From: Takakia lepidozioides
Taxonomy: Eukaryota > Plantae > Bryophyta
Assembly: GCA_030704615.1 (NCBI GenBank)
Contig: CM060734.1
Location: forward strand, 48,546,001 to 48,610,000
DNA length: 64,000 bases
Reading direction: 5' to 3'
Shown: positions 1 to 11,737 of the stretch, in pieces
How positions within the stretch are numbered: the stretch's first letter is position 1
Layout of the letters: the number at the start of each line of letters is the position of its first letter
Translations under genes and position numbers: made by a program
The notes under the pieces: model-generated
Database searches by the model: none
Told to the model about the DNA's origin: nothing
The model's input: the letters and a program-made list of their open reading frames with translations, nothing else

Positions 1-29
1 ATTACTGTGAGCAAACCTTGGCTAGGGCT

Positions 30-119
30 GCCTTGATGGCTTCACCCCTTCCTGTATCATCATCTGATCGAAGATCTCTAAAGCCCTCCTTATGACACCC
101 ATGTTGAGCATATCCTGCG
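30..119 (-). pseudogene. PPR motif fragment (downstream part of the disrupted PLS-class PPR gene)
   Basis: Minus strand reads AGYAQHGCHKE/(frameshift)ALEIFDQMMIQEGVKPS, the same motif type as 9412-10812. Confidence 0.7.
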
Positions 120-1036
120 ACCGATTCACTCCACGAACTATTTTGTCAAACACATGACGGGCATCCTTCTCCCGTCCCCAAACATCACCGAAAGCAGAAG
201 CTGGCAGCCCCCTTCAAAGCCTACCCACTGCACTACCCAGCACATGTCAAAATATAACAAGAACAAGAACAACAGTCAGTCACTCCTCACAAATCGTCTA
301 AGTGATTGTGAACTAAAAAGCAAGAACCCTAAAATTTGAACTTGAATACTTTATATTTCAACTAAATAATATTACTATTATTTTGGAAATTGCTGCCGTG
401 GAAAGAGAATAGAGAACTAAACCACTCCGGAGCAGCCACGTGTCTTTTCCAAGGTCCTTTACTGAGGGGTGCTAGTGAGCTTCAGTATGCAATATGTCAC
501 CATAGGATCCATTGGCCTGCCGCTATGACCTCCACATTTTGCCTTTCTTCTTGACTAACCGGAGCATCCCCTCGATCGCCACCCTGTTAGGCTCTCCGAG
601 TGGGAAGAAGAGTGGGGGCGTTCTTGAAAAGTACCGAATGACATAGGTGGATGAAATCATCCAAATCCTTGTATGTAATGAAATCATCCATCAATGGATT
701 TTCATAAGAGTCATGCAAATGACCTTATCTTGGTCAAAAGGAGTTGATTACACCAATCTAAAAATTTAGAGTCATCTGCATTATTATTTAGAGTCATGTG
801 CGTGACCCATGATCACGACTCTAGTCCAGTGAAACGACGTTGACCGGGATAGAGGCATATACACGACCCTTTTTGGTCATTTTCGGTCATACCCACCACA
901 TTTTCGGTCATACCAGTCACTAAAATGCATGGTGAGTGTCACTAAATCTGTGAACAAGTGGAATAAAGGGGACCTGGGTAGCTATGACTTGATCCATTGG
1001 CGTAAGAGTGGTCCTTTCTGAACTGGCAGAGTTACA

Positions 1037-1855
1037 TTACACGAGTAAAGCGGCAAAATTATCAGCAACTTGTGTAGAGAAGAGGTCTCGAAGTCGTGAA
1101 GAACCGGTGGAGCACTCGTAGAAAATTCGAGCAATGTCGACCATCTCCAATTCTTGCGGTTGCACCATTGCCTTCCAGATAGAACCAGCTATGTGGAAAT
1201 CCATTCCACTATTTTTGTAGGGCACCACCCATGCAGTTGCAGGGTAAAATTGACCGGATTTTAGCATGCTCAGTAACACAAACGACAAATTATCGGCGAG
1301 CTGCCTGCGCATTTTGTATTTGCTCCACATTTGTGCACACTCCAATACATTCTGGTGTGTGAGGCATACATGGTTCTTTGTCGAGGACGCACCGTATCTG
1401 GATATACAAATCTAGACCTTCCTGCATCTGGTTGGCACTTACATTTCTATGGACAAATATGAAACCTGGTTTATTGGCATTTTTTAGACAATAACCAACC
1501 ATGCCCGTAAAAGTATGAAGCCCTTTACCACAAAGTGCTTTATAGTGGACAAGATGTCCGGGTGGTGCAAGCCTCGGGGTATCCCACCCAAGAGACTTTT
1601 TGATAAGCTTGTTTAACATAATTAAACTTGATACATACAATCTACAGACCATTTGCAAATGCAAATGGAACAAACTGTCACCTCTTTCAAGCGCACATAA
1701 GCTAGAAATGCAGCGGGTAGCAATAAACTCTTCCATTTTCTGTAAGGATGTGACGTCGATATCTGCTCCACCCACGCCGATAATAACACTTGAACTTCTG
1801 CACCCTCCGCCACCTTGTCTTTCCCTCTTGCAGCCACTTTGATCCTACCTGCCAT
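1037..1855 (-). mobile_element. Replitron-type HUH (Y1) endonuclease/transposase, frameshifted pseudogene
   Basis: Motif order SVIIGVGGADID ... LERGDSLFHLHLQ (HUH) ... LHTFTGMVGYCLK (single catalytic Tyr, YxxK), then a C-terminal part in another frame (1037-1345, MLKSGQFYPATAWV). No helicase follows. Probable start MAGRIK at 1855, with frameshifts near 1790 and 1390. Confidence 0.85.
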
Positions 1856-2317
1856 ACTTGGCCCGACCCCCAACATAGCAAACAACTACTCACGCTGGCT
1901 CCGGCTCTCAAACCACTAATGAGACACGCTACTAGTGCATGTGCCAGCATGTTGAAGACACAAGTTACAAGCAACTAGTCAATTGCTTGTCACCGGACCG
2001 ACATATTAGTAGAAGTATCTAGAAACTGGAACTATGTAGAAAGTCAGCTAGAACTAGAACTATCTAGAAAGCCCACGCTAGAAAGTCAATCCTTAATTTT
2101 TGGACCCTTCATTTCATTAAATAATACAAGTGGCCTTAATACATTGGCCCCCTCTTTTAACTCCTGGACCACTCTAGAATTAACCAGGCCGAATGAAATT
2201 GCTCTACATATTTGAACCTTAACGACATTGAGTCATGGTTTGAGTCATGAAAACCATGACTCTCCAAAAAAAGAGTAAAACAAACCATGATTTGGCGTAG
2301 CGGTTCCCAAACCTTTC

Positions 2318-2409
2318 CATGATAGATCTCAAAAGTCTCCCTACCAGATCCATGCTAAGCATATCCTGCAATCAGGGTGTTCCATGAGACCACATCTCGT
2401 TCAACCATA
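2318..2409 (-). pseudogene. PPR motif fragment continuing the reading interrupted at 9412
   Basis: Reads MVERDVVSWNTLIAGYA*HGSGRETFEIYH, the natural continuation of ...KDACQVF(N) that breaks off at the TTAA at 9408-9411. Confidence 0.85.
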
Positions 2410-3555
2410 TGAACCCTAAACCCTAAACCCTTAAGCGCCCACCAGGCCCGTTTTGGGCCTTGCTTTTTGGTTTTTTGTCCTTGGATTTCTCAGATGTCAA
2501 TCAATTGAGCCCTTTTTTTTTTCCAGCGGATGCCGTCCACTTGTCGGACATGAATCCAATGAGCGATTGATGGGATTTTTTGGTTAGGGTTAGGATTTTT
2601 GGTAGCCAAGGCGGTGGGGTCTGCTTTGCGGCGTGAGAGCAGCTCTCCCGCGCTTTTTGGGCTCTTTTACCTTGCGTGTTTGTCTTCTTGGCCTCACTGT
2701 GCTCGTGTTTCGGGAGCTCCGCTGTGGTGTGTGTATGCAGGTGGCCGTTGCGTGGTGGCAGGGGGGCCGTTGCCCATAGTGTCGTTGAGATTCCTACATT
2801 GTGGTTTTGCTTCATTACAACTCAATGGTGGGTCAATGGTGTGTGGGAAGTCTATGGTCACTTCCTAATGCGCAGGTGTATGTCTTGGCTGGTGCAGCAC
2901 TCCGAGATCTGGTTGTGGGTGCAGCCAGCTCATGTGTGGTAGTTTTGTGATATGCCAATTTTGCGTGCAGGCTTTTGAGTGTCCTAGGCTGTAGTGGCAG
3001 TTGTGCTTGGATTTTTGGTGACTGATCAGTTCGTAGCTAGTACTGCTGCAACAGAACATAACCAGCTCTGGTAGTATGATGCCAGTTTAGTCCTTGCCAT
3101 AGTGTAGTGTGGAGGAGGCATAGTTGCATGTTCAGGTCTTGCTACAGGCATTTACTATGAAAAGACTAAGTTGCCTTCATGTTCAGCGGGCGTATGTGGT
3201 AGAGCAGGTTAGTGGTTAGTCGCCTTGTCAAGTGGGGGTGAACACAAGGGGGGGATCCTCCCCCTTGTGTTCATGTGCGAGCTGCCAGTTGGGGCAGGTT
3301 ACTGGGTTCAATTCCCACTCACACAATTGTAGGGCTCTGTGCTTGGATGGGTGGGATTGTGGAATCTGTTTTATGCTCGATGTTGCACTTTGCTCAAGCC
3401 TGCTGTAGCAATCACACACGGGGACTTGCTGTATGTAATCCATGAATGGTTGGGTTGTACACCCTCAAGTACAAAGCACCTCTCAAAATGTGGTGGACAG
3501 CCTTTTCAATTCAGTAATCAGTGCTGTTTTGGGTAGCCCTCTTGCTCTAGTACTG

Positions 3556-3649
3556 TGGTCATTTTATGTGTGAAGGTCTACAGCCCTATTGGTCATGGTT
3601 GATGGTCATTTTATGTGTGGAGGTCTACAGCCCTGTTGGTCATGGTTGA
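3556..3649 (+). repeat. 47-bp tandem duplication (2 copies)
   Basis: TGGTCATTTTATGTGTG(A/G)AGGTCTACAGCCCT(A/G)TTGGTCATGGTTGA occurs twice in succession. Confidence 0.85.
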
Positions 3650-4039
3650 AGGGTGCTCCAGCAAACATACACCAAACAAACACCATGGCATGATTCAGGA
3701 AACAAAGGGAGCTACATGCAGGACTATGTCATTTTTCCAGCACCCCAAATTCTCAAAATCTGACCCCCTCACGTTTGACCAAGTGTCAACACCATGATTT
3801 TTGTCCAAATCACTTTTTTCTTTTTGGGCTGGGTGGAAGGACCCACCAGGATGAACATGGAGCAGTTTCAGCCCATTTGGCTTTCATCTTGTCATTCAAT
3901 TTTGCACTGGCGTAGAAAGTAAATGTAATTTTCTTGGGTGGGGTCCAAAAATGGACCCCACATTCAACTGTGGCGTTTCGGCGATCTCCCTCTGATTGGC
4001 CTCACATTTGGTGTGTCCCTGCACGAGGTAGGTACACAC

Positions 4040-4538
4040 CAGTGTTGTTCTGGTATCAGTGTTAGGACATACCAGACCGGTCCTGGTACCAGACGTATCA
4101 CAAAAAAATTATACCAATCTGGTCTATATAATGGTGGATGTATAATTCTCTACATACTATGAGTATGAGTATCATGACCACAATATCAGCTGGTACGAGA
4201 TATCAATTCTGGTATCATTCCAAAGCCATCTTGAATTAGAAGTTTATCACTAGCAAGTATCAAGTGAAAACAAATACAATATAAATAAAGAAATAAATAT
4301 ACATAAGTACAAGTATGTAGGCATATATACACATAAATTAATATAGTATACATACCAGAGTAAATGAGGAAGACGGCGGGGAAGTACTGGTATTGAGGCT
4401 GGTATGAAAAAACTGATACTAGCCTGGTCTGGTATATGACCCAGTATTCTCCCAAATGATACCAGACTTGGTCTGGTATCTAATACCAGTGCATATACCA
4501 GTATTTTATACCAGTCCTTCACCTATATACCAGACCAG
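4040..4538. mobile_element. Probable hAT-like MITE nested in element A
   Basis: Starts CAGTGTT, is packed with ATACCAG/CTGGTAT motifs, and is flanked by the direct repeat GTACACAC (4032-4039 and 4539-4546). The right TIR is poorly conserved. Confidence 0.5.
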
Positions 4539-4664
4539 GTACACACCTAAAGTGCGGTCAAAATCTTAATTTTTTTTGTTTTCAAGATTTTCTGAGGTTT
4601 TCCTTGCGCAAGGGTCTTGTTTTTGAAAAAAATCAAACTTTGTCACTAGGCGCTTAAGGGTTAA

Positions 4665-7600
4665 CCCCTACTGGACGAGTCGACCTGATTCGGGTCGGTT
4701 GGATATTTCGACCGTCGGTGGGCCCCTTGGATGAATTTGGATGAAGATGGGCCCTGAACGAAAGTTGTAGCCCACGTCACCGATTGACACAGAAAACTCG
4801 GGGGGACCCCAAAAATCGACACCAAAAAAGGGCCCGGGAACGCCCGACGTTTCGGCGTTCCACCCAACAGGCAACTGAAAAACTAACAACTACCAACCGT
4901 CACGAATGTGGCCCATCTGTGTTCAAGCTCCCCGTGAGCTCCTGCTTTTCCTTTGAATGCAACGAACCCAAACCACACACCACCCTGAAGACATGATCCA
5001 TGAACTGGGGGGGAGTTGAACCCCCCGATCTGCCCAGTGTGCAGACAGTCCCCCCCCCCAAGCAGCAAGCAGCACCCCCAAAACCACAACCAGCAAGCAT
5101 GACTGCTGCCCCCCCCCTCCCCCCAAAAAAAAAAAACTGTGAAACCACCCAAACACAACGTACACACGCCAACACTGAAGGACCCCCATCACCTCCACAG
5201 CCCCTCAACCAGCAGCAGCAGATCCCCATCACCCCCACAGCTTGTGAACCATCACTAGCCCTTCCCCCATCACCAAAACAGCCCACAATGAGCAAGCAGT
5301 AGACCCCCATAACCCCCCCACTCCCAAAACTGCCCATCAACCAGCAGCAGCATGACCCCCACACCCCTCCACTGCCATTGAACCGTCACCACCAGCCCCC
5401 CATGACCCCCACTGCCCATCAACCAACATGGACACACACACAACCCCCCAACCTGAGAAGAACCCATACCCACCACAGATCAGAGATACCCACACCCCAC
5501 GCCCCACGCACACACGCCATCCACAGCCTCCAGCATACCTGCATGTAGTCCCACACCCTGGTGAACCCCCACCCACACAAACATATGCACACACAAAGAA
5601 AGAAGACAGTGCAACAAGCCAGAATTCAGTCACCTCAAGGCATGCCGGTGTGCCTCATTCCAACACCGCCCAAGGTACAAGTGGTTGCCATCGCAGCCAG
5701 GGCAGTAATGGTGAGTACGAACATGGCACATGACACACACTCGCCGCCGTGTGGTGTGAAGGCACTGATGCACAAACGTGCATTTTGAATCCTCCGTGGT
5801 GTCAATGTTGTCAGTGCAGCAACCCCCTATCAAACCATATGCCATAGCCAGATTGAATTGTAGATGGGTCATGGCCCGACGCCCCTTCCTTCTCTCCATT
5901 ATAGAATGCAACATATACGCATTCACTAGCGTGGTATCCATAAGAAAAAAAAATAGACGATGCCACCACTTCTTTGTGCGCAGCTACAAGCTGTACGCAC
6001 CCCTAAGCTGGTCCTGCACATCCACCCCTCGCATGTACGTTTGGTATTGAACATGTGCAGGTACGGATGGCACAGACACTCTCTGGTTTCCCACAAAACG
6101 GCGTATAGTCACAGGAGAGGAAGGGCTGCAAGCTGGCCTAGCTGCAGATGACAGTAAGAATACACCCTTCTTGTCCCACCACAACACAGCAGCCACCTCC
6201 CTGGACTCATGCATCCTGTACCATGACTGCCCTTACTTGGCAGTCTTGGATTTTTTCATTTTTCAGCAAAGAGGGAGGGAGACCCTTTCTACCGTGCCAG
6301 TGGCCCAAGTGCCAAGTTTGGCCATGTCATATAGAAGCTGGATCCCTGTAAAGTAATTATCAGTCACAATGACATGGCCCAAACCATGCAGCCCGTCGGC
6401 CAGCCGGGTGACCACATCATAACCTTCTCCTTTCCCACTTTTCTGGCCCTCCTGCATTCTTACCAGCATACATTGAAAAGTCGTAGACATATGAAGTCTC
6501 CGAGTCAGCCAAGGCCCACACCTTGATGCCCCATTTGCATGGTTTCTTAGGCATATACATCCTAATTGGGGAGTACCTCTCCTTGTAACGGATCATCACC
6601 TCGTCGACAGTCACCATTTTGTTCAGATTCCAGAGACTTTTACACCTATCCACAATCTCCTCACACACCCACCTACGCTTTCTGAGCTTATCATAATTCC
6701 GACTCTTACGATCTGCCACCAACGTGGCGTTGTCAACAAGATGCAAACAACGGAGTATGGCCTCATACCTATCTCGAGTCATCACTTTGCGGATGACAGG
6801 ACAAGAGAAGAATGTCTCCGAGTGTTGCCAGTAAAATCGTGTTCGGGGCAACTTTTTCATGCCCATGAAGACACAGACTCCAATCCAAGCCCTGAGCTCA
6901 GGAACAGTGAGCTCTTTCCACCGAGGCCCCCCATGAGTGCCCGTACCAAAAGGTTCAACAGCATAACGATTGGACTCCCTACATATTCACCCAAGCACTT
7001 GTCGCCTCCAAAACAAACCAAAAAACCAAATCGGAGTGAGCCCTTCATCTCAGGCAGACAGGGACCAGGTTGAGGGCCAAAAATGCAGTTCTATCACTCA
7101 CAAAGTCAGAGCCTGCGTTGGTTTCCCACGTCTTCGCCTTGAACATCTCCACAAAATCGGCCGAGATTTCCTCATCACACTCCATATCAACCACCTCGTT
7201 TTCCCAGTCTGCTTCGTCAGCAGAGTCGCCCATGTACCCATCGTCACCCTCAAAATCCTCGTCCATGTCGGAGAAGGCCTCATTGTGGCCCAAAACAGGA
7301 TTAGAAGACTTCTCACCAAAAGGAACCAGTGCACCAGTGTTGGGATGCATGTCCCCCAAAGCAGCCCGACCGACGGCAAGCATGCTCCCAGTACCCAGAG
7401 GCCTGCCAACACATCCCACAACACCCGAATTCACCACTCCCTTATTTTTTTTTCCTCACCACACCTTTGAGAGGTGCTGTCACACTTGCAGGAACCGACC
7501 TCTTTGCACGAGCCAACTCCTTCAGACGCCTGACTGTCGACATCGGGCCAGACATCATCTCTCAAAACAGAATTCACAACGTCACTGAACCCCTCCTTAT

Positions 7601-9407
7601 CACCTTCCTCTCTTCTCTCTCTCCAACCAAGAACTAGAGCCACCTGGCGTCTAAACAGAAAGCGAAAATTGTGAGGACGAGGATGGCGAGGCCAACGACT
7701 GGCAAACGGCGGTGGAGGCAAACTACAGAGGAAGGCAGGAGACAGACACCCCAATATTACCTTGCACTGCTCGGGAGTGCAGTGCTGCTCCTCAAGCGCC
7801 CACTCCCTTATAACCTCCGCGGCAGCTGCAAGCTCGGGTGGGGGTGACGGTGGCTCAGGCACAGGAGCGTCCTTCCTCTTTGGTGCCATACGAATCCCTG
7901 AGACCGACAGAGATCACATGAAATGAATGCAAGCCCTCATGATGAATCAATGCAGATGGCCCATCTTCCCCAATTGCCCCAAAGAAGGATGTACCTCGGC
8001 GAATTTCGCAAACTCTCCAAAACCAGCTGCAAAATGAAACCCCAACACACCACACTCCCTTGCAACCATCCCCTACCACACAAAACACAGAGCCCAAATG
8101 CATAAAAGCATTTCACAAAACGACATGCAAGAAAAAATGACAACTTGCTTATTAATGAAAATTCGGCAGGGCACAAGAATCTAAACGCCAAACACTCAGC
8201 CCTAACAGCTGCGTTAATGCAATCACACCCCGAGCTGTAATGTCTAGAACACACAGCAGGAAACGGAACAGCTCCCGCCGCTTCGAGCTTGGGAGAGGTA
8301 AGTCGCCATGACCTGAAAATGAAGCCCAGAAATACACCCCCTTACGAAGCGAATGCGGGCAATCCACGGAGGATCAAGCAAAACATGCACACAAAAGCGC
8401 CAAGGAAATGCGAGAGGGGCCACGATTTGCAAGCTCCAGGAACCTAAAAGCTGTGTCATGTCTATGAAGAAGCTTCGAAGTTCTTCAAAGGAAAGCCTCA
8501 TATGAGCGTGCCCACATGATATTGGAAGGAGACGACAGATTCATCCAAATCTTACTTGTCTGCTGACATCACTCTCGAAGATTATGTGTGGGACTTGTTA
8601 CTTCTGCCCTCTCATCTTCTCTTTACTCATTTTGGGTCGCATGCGCCATCTATGGGCCGAACAAAATGGTGTGGACCCAAAGGGGGTTGTACGGTGGAAG
8701 TATAGGCGCGCACTTGGTAATGGACAAAGGAGGAATACAAGAAAGTGATAGCCACCATAAGTGCTGTCCGAACACCTTTTGTAGCCGGAATTGTCTACCG
8801 GCTCAGGCAATACATGGCCTGAGCTGGGATTCAAGTAGAACTACACCTACTTAGAAATCTCTGCCTGCATTTTGGTTAGAATTCAAAAATTCTTTTTGGA
8901 GGTAGTAGGAAATCATATGAAGAACAATTCCACCGTTGGAATTCTGGTTCCAATGAAAATTTCGACCCCTATGGCTGAATTACAGGTCAATTGAAGCAAA
9001 TAGTGCTTTTTGACCCCCCCTGTTTTCCCATACAAAAGAACCCTATGCAGATTTTGGAATTCTGCTTTGCAAATTTGGGGCAAGTTGCTTTAGGTGCCTG
9101 AGAATTGGAATGTGGTTGGGGTCTTGCAAGGAAAAAATATTTTTTCGGTCCAACTGCCTGGTCAAACCAATTTTTCCCTCTAAAATTGGAATACACTACA
9201 GATTTAGAGCTTACCATTTTGTTATAATCTTCCTAATGACACGGTGAAATGGGCTGAAAGTCTTACAGCAGGTGCATGAGGTAGGTAGCGTCCTTTTCAT
9301 ATGGTTCATCCCTGTGGATGTTTCTTAGCTGGGAGATATACCCTCATCCGTGAGGGTATGTGCTGTTTTGGAGTGGGCCCACCAAAAACAGCCTCGTCCA
9401 TTAGGGG
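4665..9407 (-). mobile_element. piggyBac DNA transposon B (full-length ends, decayed transposase)
   Basis: TTAA (4661-4664) + CCCCTACTGGACGAG ... CTCGTCCATTAGGGG + TTAA (9408-9411). The TIR matches at 14 of 15 positions and encloses the transposase. Confidence 0.92.
5630..7889 (-). pseudogene. piggyBac transposase (DDE_Tnp_1_7-type) with several frameshifts
   Basis: Acidic N-terminal region, RESNRYA, ELRAWIGICVFMG, MTRDRYEAILRCLH, catalytic motifs VDEVMI / KPCKWGIK / TDNYFT / GVDVQDQ, then TTLVNAYML and a C-terminal Cys-rich domain (CVMC...CPGC...CWNEAH). Probable start MAPKRK at 7889. Confidence 0.92.
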
Positions 9408-9411
9408 TTAA

Positions 9412-10946
9412 ACACTTGACATGCATCCTTCGTGTTCCCACATTTGGCACAACAAGGGCAGTCTCCAGGACACTATCCGGCACAATTCCAGCTTTGCTGA
9501 TGTCAGCATGGACCTCTTTCCCCTTTTCCAGGGCTCTAAGGGTAGCACTTGCATTTAGAACACAAGTAAATGTGACCCTGTCAGGCATGACTCCATACTG
9601 TTGCATGCGCTCATAGATTTCCAAAACCTCACTGCCACATGCATGTTGAGCATATCCTGCAATCAACACACACCATGAGACCACATTTCGCTGAGCCATG
9701 TTATCGAACACTTGACGTGCATCCTTCATGCTTCCACATTTTGCATACATGTCAACAAGGGCATTATCCAAATTCAAGTATGACGCAATCCCAGCTTTGA
9801 TAATGTCAGCATGGACCTCTTTGCCCTTTTCCAGGGCTTCTTAATTCCCACACGCATTGAGCATACAAATGAATGTGACCCTGTCAGGTGTCAACCCTTC
9901 CCGTTGCATTTGCTGATATATTCTGAAAGCCTCGATAGCACATCCACGCTGTGCATATCCTGTGATTATCGTGTTCCATGAGACCAGATCTCGTTTAGTC
10001 ATACTATCAAAAACTTGACGCGCATCCTGCATACTTCCACATTTGGCATACATGTCGGCAAGGGCAGTCTCCAAATTCATATATGACGGAATTCCAGTTT
10101 TAATGATGTCGGCATGGACCTGTTTGCCCTTTTCCAGGTCTCCTAGGCTGGCACATGCTTGCAGAACACAAATGAAGGTAACCCTGTCTGGCATCATCCC
10201 TTCCTGTGTCATCTTCTCATAGATGTCCAGAGCCTCCCTACCACACCCATGCTGAGCATATCCAGCAATAATGGTGTTACATGAGACCACATTTTTTTCA
10301 GCCATACTCTCGAACACTTGGTGTGCATCCTTCATACTCCCACACTTCCCATACATGTCGACAAGGGCATTCTCTAAGTTAATATATGGCAGAAGTCCAG
10401 CTTTCATCATGTGAGCATGAACCACTTTGCCCCTTTCCAGTTCTCCTAGGCTGGCACATGCCTTGAGAATGCAAATGAATGTGACACTGTTAGGTGCCAT
10501 CTCTTCTTGTTGCATTCCCTCATAGATCTTGAAGGCCTCCCTACCACACCCATGCTTGGCATATCCAGCAGTCATTATAGTCCATGTAAACACATCTCGT
10601 TGAGGCATTTTGTCAAAACGTCCCTCCACCAAGCTCCCACAATTGGCATCCATTTTGACCAGGGTGTTGAGGAGAAAAATGGTTGGCTTGAATCCACTTT
10701 GGACAATGTGGGCATGGACCTGCTTCCCCTCCACCAGGCCTTTCGTGTTGATGCACTCCTCCAAAACACAGACATAAGTATCAGAGTCTGCCTGAATGCT
10801 TTGTTGGTTCAAAATGTGCAGTGCCTGTTTGAGACGACCTGCCTTACAGAGTGTCTGTACATCCCTGCCAGTGGCAGAAGATTTCTTCCTTATTCCCTCT
10901 CTGAGGCCCTCTTCAATGGCAGTGATGAGGTACGCCCTTCGCGAGT
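9412..10946 (-). pseudogene. PLS-class pentatricopeptide repeat protein (organellar RNA-editing factor type), disrupted
   Basis: Repeated P-L-S motifs (NALVDMYGKCGSMKDAHQVFESM / NVVSCNTIIAGYAQHG / PDRVTFICVLQACASLG). In-frame stop at 9841-9843, frameshift near 9445, and interrupted by piggyBac at 9411. The 5' end is uncertain. Confidence 0.9.
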
Positions 10947-11737
10947 CTTATGCTCAACAATAAACTTTGCCGAATCTGTGCCGTACATCCTGCATAGCTG
11001 AACACTCTTAGATACAAGCCTTTGCAGTGAAACTCGCTATGTCTCAACCTCCTAGATACTGAAAGAAAATCTCTTCAGTAAAAGTTTCAGGAACTCTCCT
11101 GTTTGTAAGTGTCCCCAAATTGCTGCCCAACCTCCTCTACATTCCCTGGTGTAATCTGAATGTGATGTACAGGTAAGGACGAGTAGGTCTGTATATTTTA
11201 AACGCCATTTTATCCGCTTTCAATAGAATATTGTTCAAGTAATCTTGATCCCTCTATATTTGAGGAATGATGAGATGTATGAAGAGGAAAATCTTTGACA
11301 TGTGATCTGCTGTGCTTGGCTACGCTGCAATCAGGTTTGCATCCTGTGACGGTAATGGAAATTGAGAAGTATTGGCGATAAAGACGGTTCCAAGCCAGCC
11401 AATGGATGACTGACTCTCAGGCTGAAGGGCAGTTGATCGATTAATTGGAAGATGGGGGTAATATACGAGACTTCTAAGGAGGTAAGTGGTGCTCAGCTGT
11501 TAGGGGCATTGACATAACATCTTCATAGCCTGCAGTCATATGAACCCTAAACAGGAATTGCAGCTTCGCCATTTCCATACGGCTCCCAGTTCTAAGACTG
11601 ATCAGGGATTTCATACACACATCAAACCCTCGTAGGAGCAGACCGAGGGCAGCATACTTTCTGCAGACAACTTAGTACCAAAGCTTACATCATCTGCTTG
11701 CCAACCTGATGGAAAGGTCCCAACTTCCAGTAATAGA

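Larger units (their letters stand above)
2428..4660. mobile_element. Non-autonomous piggyBac-like element A
   Basis: Perfect 12-bp TIR CCCTTAAGCGCC (2428-2439) / GGCGCTTAAGGG (4649-4660). TTAA follows at 4661-4664; the left flank is TAAA within CCCTAAA filler. No recognisable internal ORF. Confidence 0.75.

Noticed and set aside
4883-5633. Pro/Gln-rich and Gly/Cys-rich ORFs
   Set aside because: Products of a C/A-skewed low-complexity stretch in the piggyBac 3' region; open in many frames with no domain signal.
10507-11001. 164-aa plus-strand ORF and similar antisense ORFs over the Copia, ATPase and helicase
   Set aside because: Shadow frames of real coding sequence on the opposite strand.
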